From Verrucomicrobiia bacterium (GTDB lineage Bacteria > Patescibacteriota > Saccharimonadia > Saccharimonadales > JAGQNK01), in the NCBI GenBank assembly GCA_035489575.1, contig DATHJY010000003.1:53800-117799 (forward strand): a DNA stretch of 64,000 nt, in the 5' to 3' direction. The notes beneath the pieces are model-generated. The model saw nothing but the letters and a program-made list of their open reading frames with translations, searched no databases and was not told where the DNA came from. Shown in pieces: positions 10,468-18,572 of the stretch. The first letter of the stretch is position 1, and the number at the start of each line of letters is the position of its first letter. The position numbers and the translations under genes are program-made.

Positions 10468-11559
10468 CTAAACTGGTCGACTCTCCGCAGGAACCTCCAG
10501 GCTTTCCGGCTTGCCGTTTCTGTTCAAGATCATGCCGGCTTGCTGCAGGAAAAATGCGCCAGGGAGACATCTGAGCTCGTTCATAGGCAGATCCGGATAC
10601 CAGGTACGCATCATTTCTAGCACGTGAGTAGTACCGGTTTCTAGGCGGATACCAAGCGCAGCAGACCAACCCAAAATAGTAGCGGTCTGGACACGCGCCC
10701 AAAAATTAATGAGCTCCAGGTCTACTTCGCTGCCCGTTTGTTCGTGATATGCTGTCGCAGCGCTCTTAACGGCTTCTCCCAAACCTAGCGCCGCCAGATG
10801 TCGGAGCTCTCGCTCTGGACTGCTCGGCTGGGTAGCCCCAAAGTCGATGACGCCGACAGGCACGTAGCACGGCTGATCGACGGAGCCGCTAGTGGTAAAA
10901 GTTAAATTGTTCGGACGCAGATCGCTATGACCAATAATCGGTCGAGGTTCCACGCCGTCAGGAAAATAGGCCAAGTGTTCTTGGGTCAGATCTTCCACGA
11001 TGCCAGCGAGCCTAGGGACGCCCATTTGCTGCAAAAAATCGGCGTTCATACTCAATCGGTAAAGCCTCTCTGTTCTGTCAGCAAATAGCAAAGGCTCGTC
11101 ACCGACGAGCTCGAAAAACTTGCCTGGGGTGATTGTTTGAGCCAACCACGCGACAAAGCTACCGATTTTGGTACCGAGCTCTTGCTGCGCCACTGGATCA
11201 AGCTGGTAGTAGCGGTTCAGCTGATCCGCGGTAACCACATCGCCCTCCACATAAGTCGATACCACAAAACCCGTACCGTCATCGTCCGTGTCGGTTTCGA
11301 TGAACTGTGGCACATGCAGAGGCGGCTCGCACGCTGCGCTGTCGAGTTCGTCGAGCATCATGGCTTCATGCCATGAGTGATGCCGCCCTCTGTCTTTATC
11401 GCGCAGCAACTTTACTACTACGCGCTCGCCGTCCCGCTGGCCAAAATGAACCGCCCCGTACGCCCCGCTAGCATCAGAGGGTTGGTCGAAAGACACCCCA
11501 AACCACGACTCCAGATACGCGATATGTGCTGCTTCGGAAGCCATGCCTGTAGTCATCAA
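10468..11559 (-). CDS. aminoglycoside/choline-kinase-like phosphotransferase (APH) family protein
   Basis: Brenner-type catalytic loop HSDLRPNNLTF and VIDFGAT (DFG-like) motif; kinase-like N-lobe VVVKLLRD. Confidence 0.6.
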   Translation of the reverse strand: MMTTGMASEAAHIAYLESWFGVSFDQPSDASGAYGAVHFGQRDGERVVVKLLRDKDRGRHHSWHEAMMLDELDSAACEPPLHVPQFIETDTDDDGTGFVVSTYVEGDVVTADQLNRYYQLDPVAQQELGTKIGSFVAWLAQTITPGKFFELVGDEPLLFADRTERLYRLSMNADFLQQMGVPRLAGIVEDLTQEHLAYFPDGVEPRPIIGHSDLRPNNLTFTTSGSVDQPCYVPVGVIDFGATQPSSPERELRHLAALGLGEAVKSAATAYHEQTGSEVDLELINFWARVQTATILGWSAALGIRLETGTTHVLEMMRTWYPDLPMNELRCLPGAFFLQQAGMILNRNGKPESLEVPAESRPV

Positions 11560-11655
11560 CCCAGAGCCATTTTCATTTCTCTATTCTAGCAACTACAACG
11601 GTGGCGACACGGTAATCATATTCGGCTTCATCGATACCCATGGTCAGCTGTACTA

Positions 11656-12192
11656 GTGTTTTTCGCGTCTAAGCTTCGCAACCTCTCGTACATAGAGGTA
11701 AACTTCGATAGAAGGTGTTCCACCTACGGGCAACTTGGCCCTCCATTCAAAAAGCTCACTCGTAAAAGTGGGCTTTTTGAATGTTATGATTTAGATATGC
11801 ATAAAGCACAAGTTGATACGCTAGACCTACGGCAAGCCATCGAAGCATCGTGGCAACTCGATTCGGCTTATGAACATATAGAAGAAAGGGGCAACCCATC
11901 CCTGGGGCAGTGCCATGTTACGGCACTTGTCGTACATCACTACTATCCAGAAACCAGGATTGTTGAAGGCGAAGTGCAAACCGGCAAAGGTTTAGAAAAA
12001 CATTTCTGGAATATGTTCCACATAGATGGTCACGACTTGCACCTCGATTGGACTTGGCAGCAATTCCCACACGGTTCAACGATTAAAAGTTGGAAAGTGC
12101 GTGCAAAAGACGACATAAATAATAGTCAAGATACTACTGATAGATTCAAACGACTATTGCGCAGAGTTAAGTATGAGCTAAGTAAACTTTAG
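11656..12192 (+). CDS. hypothetical protein
   Basis: 178-aa ORF (GTG start; internal ATG at 11797 possible); His/Trp-rich conserved-looking core; no known motif. Confidence 0.4.
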   Translation: MFFASKLRNLSYIEVNFDRRCSTYGQLGPPFKKLTRKSGLFECYDLDMHKAQVDTLDLRQAIEASWQLDSAYEHIEERGNPSLGQCHVTALVVHHYYPETRIVEGEVQTGKGLEKHFWNMFHIDGHDLHLDWTWQQFPHGSTIKSWKVRAKDDINNSQDTTDRFKRLLRRVKYELSKL

Positions 12193-12210
12193 TTTTTAGC
12201 AGCGCTCACT

Positions 12211-12252
12211 TTGACATTAAGTACTACCAGGTGTACTATATAAAGTACTATG
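12211..12252 (+). promoter_or_regulatory. sigma70-like promoter (TTGACA-17-TACTAT) with triple GTACTA operator repeats (12-bp spacing) for yefM-yoeB module 1
   Basis: TTGACA 12211-16, -10 TACTAT 12234-39; GTACTA at 12221, 12233, 12245 overlapping the -10 and ATG; resembles the E. coli yefM TGTACA operator. Confidence 0.5.
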
Positions 12253-12504
12253 AATGTTACATCTATCTCCAAGTTTCGTAAGGATACTAAGGGTTATTTT
12301 GATAAGGTCATTGATGACAAAGACGTTCTTCTTATAACGCGCAACGATGGCCAGACGGTTGTTGTAATGTCTTTAGATGAATACAACTCTAAGGCCGAGA
12401 CCGATTACCTAAACAGCAGCCCTGATAACCGAAAACATCTGGAGAAATCCATTGCCTCACTGCACGCGGGCAAGACTGAAAAGCACCACTTAGTAGAAGA
12501 ATAG
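12250..12504 (+). CDS. yefM: Phd/YefM-family antitoxin
   Basis: 84 aa; SISKFRKDTKGYFDKV...ETDYL YefM signature; ends 1 nt before yoeB. Confidence 0.8.
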   Translation: MNVTSISKFRKDTKGYFDKVIDDKDVLLITRNDGQTVVVMSLDEYNSKAETDYLNSSPDNRKHLEKSIASLHAGKTEKHHLVEE

Positions 12505-12505
12505 C

Positions 12506-12766
12506 ATGGCTCGTATTATAGCTTTTACCCCAGAAGGGTGGGACGACTACCAATTTTGGATGAATCAAGACAGAAAAACCCTCAGAAAGTTACATAAACT
12601 TATTGCCGACACGCAAAGGGACCCGTTCAATGGTCTAGGCAAGCCAGAACCTCTCAAAGAAAACTACGCAGGGTTTTGGTCGCGCCGCATAGATGAAAAG
12701 AATAGATTCGTTTACGCAGTTACAGAGAAAGAAATACAGATCATCAGCTGCAGGTTTCATTATTAG
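12506..12766 (+). CDS. yoeB: YoeB/Txe-family toxin (ribosome-dependent mRNA interferase)
   Basis: 86 aa; WDDYQFW...RDPFNGLGKPEPLK...SRRIDEKNRFVY...CRFHY is a canonical YoeB. Confidence 0.8.
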   Translation: MARIIAFTPEGWDDYQFWMNQDRKTLRKLHKLIADTQRDPFNGLGKPEPLKENYAGFWSRRIDEKNRFVYAVTEKEIQIISCRFHY

Positions 12767-13040
12767 CAGGTATGAAGTTGATCCTGACAATATCTATGAT
12801 GGCCGTCCAGGATAGGAGCCGGCTTTTCCCATGGTTGTTATTCATCTGACGTGAACACAGAATACGCCTAAACATCTTTCTCCTCCAAGTCTGCGAGGTA
12901 GACTTTGCCGTTATGATACTCCATGCCGAGGTCAACCAATCTGGCATATAATAAGATTAAATCTTCAATGAGATCGTCGATAGGCTGGGGTTTCAAAAAA
13001 GTATATGGTGCCAAGAAAAGAACTGAAAGACTTCAGTTCT

Positions 13041-13178
13041 GGGGACTTGAACGGGCATGCCCTGTGGGCATTCCCCGCCCTTGGTTTTTGAGCTGTGCTC
13101 AAAAATGCCCGTATGCAAAAGTAATTTTCTTATGCCGGGCAGGGCAAGTCCCTCCTGGCACTCCAATTCGGTTATGCT
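13041..13178 (+). repeat. ~135-bp repeat copy A with terminal inverted repeats; 3' end mimics the tRNA-Lys 3' end (att-like / MITE-like)
   Basis: ~80% identical to 15934-16066; 5' ggggacttgaac is the inverse of 3' gcaagtccctcc; 3' end gcagggcaagtccctcctggcactcca vs tRNA gcaggg..ttcaagtccctcctggccctcca (15/15 core). Confidence 0.6.
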
Positions 13179-13183
13179 TAAAA

Positions 13184-13209
13184 CAGAGGTAATTTGCCTC
13201 TGTTTTTTG
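13184..13209 (+). terminator. intrinsic terminator hairpin (cagagg-taatttg-cctctg + T6)
   Basis: perfect 6-bp stem plus T-run; 25/26 identical to a second copy at 21286-21311. Confidence 0.55.
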
Positions 13210-13222
13210 ATACACTTTTACT

Positions 13223-13750
13223 ATGAAATTGATTTTTATCTATGGACCGCCTGCTTCAGGAAAGTTAACCGTTGCAGAAAAGTTGTCAGAAGCTACCGGC
13301 ATACCACTTTTTCATAATCATCTTTCCAGAGATATTGTTAAAGATATATATAGGGATGAGCTTGGAAAGCGTTATGACTTAGTAGATAAAATTAGATTCG
13401 ACGTACTAGAGTACTGTGCAAAGAATAATACTGACTTGATTTTCACTTATGTTTACGGAGGATCCTTTGACGACAATAATGTAAGAGATTTCATTAACAT
13501 AATCGAAACTAATAGAGGCAAGGTTTTGTTCGTGGAGTTAACAGCAAACGTAGAAGATTTAATAGATAGAGTTGATAATGATTCTAGAAAAAGATTCAAA
13601 AAACTTACCGATAAAGAAATAATGGCGAAGCTATCAGAGGATATGTCTAAATTCTCAATTCCGTACGTAGAGTCTCTAAAGATCAACACTTCTGACTTAA
13701 GTTCTGAAGAGGCGGCAAGCCTAATTGCCAATGAACTACGATTGGTGTAG
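13223..13750 (+). CDS. P-loop NTPase / small-molecule kinase-like protein (AAA_33 / chloramphenicol-phosphotransferase-like fold)
   Basis: Walker A YGPPASGKLTV at N-terminus; 175 aa; strongly AT-rich codon usage unlike neighbours. Confidence 0.6.
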   Translation: MKLIFIYGPPASGKLTVAEKLSEATGIPLFHNHLSRDIVKDIYRDELGKRYDLVDKIRFDVLEYCAKNNTDLIFTYVYGGSFDDNNVRDFINIIETNRGKVLFVELTANVEDLIDRVDNDSRKRFKKLTDKEIMAKLSEDMSKFSIPYVESLKINTSDLSSEEAASLIANELRLV

Positions 13751-13864
13751 CTCTTCGTTGAAACTTGGTTGCAATAAGCTCTACGGCGGCCCTCCATACA
13801 AAGAACGTCGATCTTTTCGCTACCGGTGGGCGTTTTTTGTTTGATAAAATAATCTAGCGGATCT

Positions 13865-14686
13865 TTATTTTGATTCGATCTTTTCTATCACGGCAATACA
13901 ATCCAACTGTTGAATTAGGCCATGCTTACTTCTAATGAAGCCTAGGGCAGCTTGTTGGATGACTACTGGAATATCTGGCCACTGTTTATTGAGGTAGAAT
14001 TCTACAATTGATTCCGTATCTTCAGGGTTACTGTCAATGGGGATCTTTAACTCAGACTCACTGACATGTCGGGTAATCCTTAACTTGTTAATATTTGGAA
14101 GTGCGGACACAACGTCATCAATAGTCATGGCCGAGAAGCTCTTATCAGAAAGAAGTGGTTTAAATTTCATTTTAAACATGTACGCATCGTCCTTATCACG
14201 AAGAACAATAATAAGTCGCCCCTGGGGTTTGAGAAGAGACAGCATCTTTTCTAATTGCTGGGGCCATGAGGAGCGGGGAATATGGTAGAAAAGATGGGCG
14301 GCGATTATTGCATCAAACTTTTCGTTGCTCGAGAAGTTATCGAGATCAGAAGGAGCAATCGTCACGTTAGCTCCTGGAAGAATGACATCAAATCGGCCTT
14401 TTAGTTGTCTGACTAGGTCGGTGCTTGGTTCAACCAGAGTGAGGCGAATATCTTCCACATTCTCCATCCGAGATAACGCAAGACTAAGATATTCACCATT
14501 GCCCGCGCCGAGGTCTAAGATATTAGATTCACTACCAAGGGCTTGCAAAACGTTAGAGAGTTGCTTGGCTGACATTTCTTTTTGGTTTGTATATCTCAAG
14601 AAGGTCTCAAAAGGTGATTCGTTTTTCTTGTTCTTATATTCAAAGCCACTCGATTGTTTACTTACAGTCATAGACTGATTATACAT
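13865..14686 (-). CDS. class I SAM-dependent methyltransferase
   Basis: motif I ILDLGAGNGEYL, acidic motif II (LTLVEP), motif post-I; no DNA-MTase motifs; AT-rich. Confidence 0.7.
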   Translation of the reverse strand: MYNQSMTVSKQSSGFEYKNKKNESPFETFLRYTNQKEMSAKQLSNVLQALGSESNILDLGAGNGEYLSLALSRMENVEDIRLTLVEPSTDLVRQLKGRFDVILPGANVTIAPSDLDNFSSNEKFDAIIAAHLFYHIPRSSWPQQLEKMLSLLKPQGRLIIVLRDKDDAYMFKMKFKPLLSDKSFSAMTIDDVVSALPNINKLRITRHVSESELKIPIDSNPEDTESIVEFYLNKQWPDIPVVIQQAALGFIRSKHGLIQQLDCIAVIEKIESK

Positions 14687-14706
14687 CGCTTCTCATGTCC
14701 CCCGGG

Positions 14707-14760
14707 TTGACGTACGTGAATAGTGTGTGTACAATATTGCGTACAAGGAGTTGTACAATG
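14707..14760 (+). promoter_or_regulatory. promoter (TTGACG-17-TACAAT) with triple (T)GTACA operator repeats for yefM-yoeB module 2
   Basis: TTGACG 14707-12, TACAAT 14730-35, SD aaggag 14745-50; TGTACA/GTACA at 14728, 14741, 14752 (12-bp spacing). Confidence 0.5.
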
Positions 14761-15012
14761 AAAATAGCATCCATCTCGAAGTTTCGGAAAGACATAAAGC
14801 GCTATGTTGACGAAGTCGACCAAGATCAAGAGCCGTTAGTGGTAACACGCGGGGATAATGTTTCCGTCGTTGTGATACCTCTCAACACTTTTAACTCCTA
14901 CTCAGAAACTGACTACCTACTGCGCAGTCCAGCCAATGCCCGTCGCTTGCTAAAATCAGTGGAGAGCGCCCGTGCAGGCACTGTCGAGGCTCACGAACTC
15001 ATCGAGGAATAG
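14758..15012 (+). CDS. yefM: Phd/YefM-family antitoxin (second copy)
   Basis: MKIASISKFRKDIKRYVDEV...ETDYLL; the 14695 track ORF is an upstream extension; ATG 14758 has an SD. Confidence 0.8.
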   Translation: MKIASISKFRKDIKRYVDEVDQDQEPLVVTRGDNVSVVVIPLNTFNSYSETDYLLRSPANARRLLKSVESARAGTVEAHELIEE

Positions 15013-15015
15013 CCG

Positions 15016-15276
15016 ATGAGCCGAAGACTTACTTTCACAGCTCAAGCCTGGGAAGACTACCTTTATTGGCAAGGGCACGATAAACAGCTGCTAAAAAAGC
15101 TTAACCAACTACTAAAAGATTGTCAGCGAGACCCGTTGGCTGGGATTGGCAAACCCGAACCGTTGAAAGGCGATCTGTCAGGTGCATGGTCCCGCAGAAT
15201 CAATGATGAGCATCGTCTAGTGTATATCGTTGCCGACGAAGAAATAAGAGTCTCCTCCTGCCGCTACCATTATTGA
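15016..15276 (+). CDS. yoeB: YoeB/Txe-family toxin (second copy)
   Basis: WEDYLYWQ...RDPLAGIGKPEPLK...SRRINDEHRLVY...CRYHY. Confidence 0.8.
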   Translation: MSRRLTFTAQAWEDYLYWQGHDKQLLKKLNQLLKDCQRDPLAGIGKPEPLKGDLSGAWSRRINDEHRLVYIVADEEIRVSSCRYHY

Positions 15277-15354
15277 GGCGCGAATCTTAGTTGCGATAGC
15301 GTCTACTATGGCCCTCCAAAACAAGAGCTCCCTTCCCGGAGTTCTTTTTTTGCT

Positions 15355-15930
15355 ATGATAATAGAAATGCATGCCGATATTTTTAGGTGGTTTGCCGCGG
15401 TCGCTTTTTTAGGCTATTGGTCTACGGTCACGTTTTTATTAGCTCATTGGCCACGCAATAGATCAAAAAGCCTTAGTGACCATATCGCCACAGGAAAGAA
15501 ACAAATCAACCTGCTTCTTATCGTAGTGACAATAGAAACTTCTTTGTATGCCCTCTACTTTTATAATTGGTTCATTCCTACTTTTGGCATGTCGGCAATT
15601 TTCACATGTTTGATTACGATTGCTCTCATAACTCATTTAGCGACATTCGTGTTTCCAAGCACTCAGGGTAGGGTCAAAAGGACGCACTGGCTTGTGTCGT
15701 ACATAACAGCGCTTCTATTTATTCCATCTGCGTTATTACTAATTGCGCAATCAAACATACCACTAGCTGGGAGGTCGGCCGTAGTTGCTGCATTAATAAC
15801 TATGGTAGGCATTTCTTTGGGGCTATATGCGACATCACTTTTTCGCAGACACATACTCATTGTCCATTGCACATATATTTTTTCACTGCAGCTAGCTGTA
15901 GTATTTATATCGTTTTTAGAAGTGTCGTGA
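15355..15930 (+). CDS. hypothetical polytopic membrane protein
   Basis: 191 aa, ~5 hydrophobic helices. Confidence 0.45.
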   Translation: MIIEMHADIFRWFAAVAFLGYWSTVTFLLAHWPRNRSKSLSDHIATGKKQINLLLIVVTIETSLYALYFYNWFIPTFGMSAIFTCLITIALITHLATFVFPSTQGRVKRTHWLVSYITALLFIPSALLLIAQSNIPLAGRSAVVAALITMVGISLGLYATSLFRRHILIVHCTYIFSLQLAVVFISFLEVS

Positions 15931-15933
15931 TCG

Positions 15934-16066
15934 GGACTTGACCGGGAAGATCTTGTGGCTGTTTCCCGCCGTTGGCTTTGAGCTGTGCTCAAAAATGCCT
16001 GTATGCGAAAGCATTTTTCTTTCGCCAGGCAGGTCAAGTCCCTCCTGGCTCCCCAAAGAAAATACA
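15934..16066 (+). repeat. ~135-bp repeat copy B with an 11-bp terminal inverted repeat and tRNA-Lys-like 3' end
   Basis: 5' gggacttgacc / 3' ggtcaagtccc (perfect 11-bp TIR); 3' ggcaggtcaagtccctcctggc shares the 15-nt core with tRNA-Lys; ~80% identical to copy A. Confidence 0.6.
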
Positions 16067-16117
16067 CCTGCATGTCCGGTATTCTCTTTATTAAGCAATA
16101 GTATCAGAGGTATTTCT

Positions 16118-16156
16118 GCGAGCTGGGAACAAAATGGGTGTTTGTTCCCAGCTCGC
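16118..16156. terminator. 16-bp perfect hairpin between convergent genes (bidirectional terminator candidate)
   Basis: gcgagctgggaacaaa-atgggtg-tttgttcccagctcgc. Confidence 0.45.
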
Positions 16157-16179
16157 TGGTATGGCTTTCTTTCGTGGGG

Positions 16180-16785
16180 CTAGCTGGCGAGACCGTTGCG
16201 AACGCTCTCTAACACTTCCTCGGGTGACAGGTTGGACGTGTCGATGACTGTGGAATTGAACCACTCACGGCTCAATGTGATGAGTTCGTGCTCCATTGCC
16301 ATGAAGAGGTCTGGGTCGGTGAGGATGAGCAGGTCTTCGGTGGAACTCCAGGGAGCTTCGCGAAGCCGTGCGTTCAGCCGTGCCTTTCGGCTCTCGACGC
16401 TCGCGGTGAAAACGAACGAGGCGTCGAACTGCGGGTGCAGAGGGAGGTATGACTCAAGCAGTTTCATCAGACCGGTGGTGCCACGCACGCGGTGGATGGC
16501 GAGGGAGCGCAGCAGGATCGTTGATTCCTGGATCGTGTTGACCTCGGGCTTGTTGAAGGCCCTGATGTCTCCCAAGATGGCCGCGGCGTACATCACGCCC
16601 AGTACTTCGGGGTCGAACGCCTCCCGACGTCGCAGCGAGTCGGCGAAGTGGTAGATGGCGTTGTTGGGTCCCAGGGCGTTCCGGCGAACCTCCCAGGGTG
16701 AACTCTCGCGGGCAAAGCTGGCAGCGACGGTGGTCTTGCCAGCCAGATCCATGCCCTCCACGTGGACGTAACGAGGGATCATGAT
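16180..16785 (-). CDS. thymidylate kinase-like (dTMP/nucleotide kinase family) protein
   Basis: P-loop VEGMDLAGKTT (cf. IEGxDGxGKxT) with an LID/NMP-like region; GC-rich; likely start MIPRYV at 16785 (track ORF extends to 16899). Confidence 0.5.
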   Translation of the reverse strand: MMIPRYVHVEGMDLAGKTTVAASFARESSPWEVRRNALGPNNAIYHFADSLRRREAFDPEVLGVMYAAAILGDIRAFNKPEVNTIQESTILLRSLAIHRVRGTTGLMKLLESYLPLHPQFDASFVFTASVESRKARLNARLREAPWSSTEDLLILTDPDLFMAMEHELITLSREWFNSTVIDTSNLSPEEVLESVRNGLAS

Positions 16786-16989
16786 CCTCTTTTCTCGGTT
16801 TTCAATCAGCCGTGCGGCTACCAACTTGACAAACAAAGCCAATGACGGGATTATACGCAACAAATAGGTTTGACGCAATGGACGAAATATGTATTGCATA
16901 TGATATCTTACCCCTGTATACTGTGCCGGAACGATCCAAGATGGGTGGCTCGTTTTTTTGGACCTTCACAACCGAATTTGGAGGCTTAT

Positions 16990-18552
16990 GTGTCAGGCGG
17001 TATCGCCCTGGTAACCCCCTTCACCAAGTCCCATCGCACCGCCGAAGAGACTTTGGCGCTGGGGTACCTCGCTGCCGTTTTGCGTCATGCCGGACATGAT
17101 GTCTCTGTCGTTGATGGCTGGCTCGAAGCGCTCACCCTCGAAGAACTCGTCGATCGCATCGGCGCTGATGGACCCCCGGCCCTGGTCGGGATGTCCTGCT
17201 ATCAGTCCAACCTGCATCAGGCTGAACAAGTCGTACAGGCCCTCCGGGCTCGCTACGGCGATATCCCCGTGATCTGTGGCGGCTACGGCCCCACGTTCCA
17301 CGCGGAGTTCTTCCTGAAGGCCGGTTTCACCGTCGCTGTCATCGGCGAAGGCGAACACATCATCGTCCGTCTGGCGGAAGCGCTTATGAACGGGACCGAC
17401 CTCGGTTCCATTCCGAGCATTGCCTTCCTCAAGGATGGCCAGATGATGGAGACACTGCGGGCGGAACCGATCGTGGATCTGGACGAGATACCTTTCCCGT
17501 CCAGAGACACGGTGGGGCACGCCATTACGCGACGGAACTTCGTCCATGTCTGTACTTCACGCGGCTGTGAGGCGCACTGCAGCTTCTGTTCCATCTTCGC
17601 CTTCGCGGCCGGTGGATCCAGCAAGCTGCGTTGGCGTCACCGTGGTATCACGAACATCGTTGATGAACTCGAAGTCTTGCACCGCGAGTTCGGTGTGAGC
17701 GCCTTCAAGATCGTCGACGACAGCTTCATCGAACCGCCACGTGACGAAGCGTGGGCCGAAGCGTTCCGGGACGAGATCCTGGGCCGCGGGCTCACCATTC
17801 GGTTCCGTACTCAGGTGCGTGCCGACCGGCTCACTCCGGACATTGTCCGGGCACTCAGTGAAGCCGGTTGGTTCTCGACTGCGGTCGGCATCGAAAACGC
17901 GGCGCCAACCGCCCTCCGCCGGATGCGCAAGTTGGCATCCCCGGAAGACAACGAGGTAGCCCTCCAGCTCCTCGAAGCGCACGGCGTCTACGTCCAGATG
18001 GGCATGATCCTGTTCGACCCGGACACTACTCTGGACGAACTGGAGATCAACTTGGGGTTCCTGCGGCGCAACCGCTGGCCCTTCACTAAGGGGATCTTCA
18101 CCGAGATGTACGCCGCCGAAGGCACGCCGTTCACTGGACGGCTCGGCCGACGCGGACTGCTCGTCACGGCGAACGCCCAGAACTACAGCTATGAGGTTCA
18201 GGACCCGACGGTCCGGCGAGTGTATGAGATGCTCAAGTCCTGGCACCGTGCTCACAGCACGGTCTATGACTGGGTGATCGACTCACTCACCGCACCCAAG
18301 GTTTTGCCTGACGTTGCTTTTCGCGGGGCGCATGCTCTGTGTCGCCAGCTTCAGGCTATGGATCTTCGGTTTCTCGAGACTGTGCTCAGTCGTGTCTCGG
18401 AGGCTGCAATCCCCAGCGAAGACAGTGAGTTCGTAGCAGAATGGATTCGCACCGCGGAATCGTTCTACGTCGGCATCGAGGAAGCAATTGCTCGTCTCTA
18501 TGCAGACATCGGACTCCGGTACGAAGCTGTTCCCAACCCGTTCCTCACGTAG
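16990..18552 (+). CDS. B12-binding domain radical SAM protein (class B radical SAM, methyltransferase-like)
   Basis: N-terminal B12-binding Rossmann region (IALVTPF...LGYLAAVLRHAGHDVSVVDGW...ICGGYGPTF). CxxxCxxC in CTSRGCEAHCSFC. GC-rich. Start modelled at GTG 16990 after ggagg. Confidence 0.75.
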   Translation: MSGGIALVTPFTKSHRTAEETLALGYLAAVLRHAGHDVSVVDGWLEALTLEELVDRIGADGPPALVGMSCYQSNLHQAEQVVQALRARYGDIPVICGGYGPTFHAEFFLKAGFTVAVIGEGEHIIVRLAEALMNGTDLGSIPSIAFLKDGQMMETLRAEPIVDLDEIPFPSRDTVGHAITRRNFVHVCTSRGCEAHCSFCSIFAFAAGGSSKLRWRHRGITNIVDELEVLHREFGVSAFKIVDDSFIEPPRDEAWAEAFRDEILGRGLTIRFRTQVRADRLTPDIVRALSEAGWFSTAVGIENAAPTALRRMRKLASPEDNEVALQLLEAHGVYVQMGMILFDPDTTLDELEINLGFLRRNRWPFTKGIFTEMYAAEGTPFTGRLGRRGLLVTANAQNYSYEVQDPTVRRVYEMLKSWHRAHSTVYDWVIDSLTAPKVLPDVAFRGAHALCRQLQAMDLRFLETVLSRVSEAAIPSEDSEFVAEWIRTAESFYVGIEEAIARLYADIGLRYEAVPNPFLT

Positions 18553-18572
18553 GACCCGACAGAGGAGATGCA

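Noticed and set aside
10298-11600. Searched next to tRNA-Lys for a tyrosine/serine integrase or transposase that would explain the island
   Set aside because: The only gene there is an APH-family kinase; no integrase-like R..H..R..Y or DDE motifs found anywhere in the island.
12744-13040. Minus-strand 67-aa ORF and an alternative frame ending ...LVDLGMEYHNGKVYLADLEEKDV between yoeB-1 and repeat A
   Set aside because: No start/SD context and no recognisable motif; possibly a gene remnant but not supportable.
16842-17099. 85-aa ORF spanning the kinase/rSAM intergenic region, considered as a RiPP precursor
   Set aside because: It runs out of frame through the 5' end of the B12-rSAM gene without a stop until 17099 and has no leader/core character.
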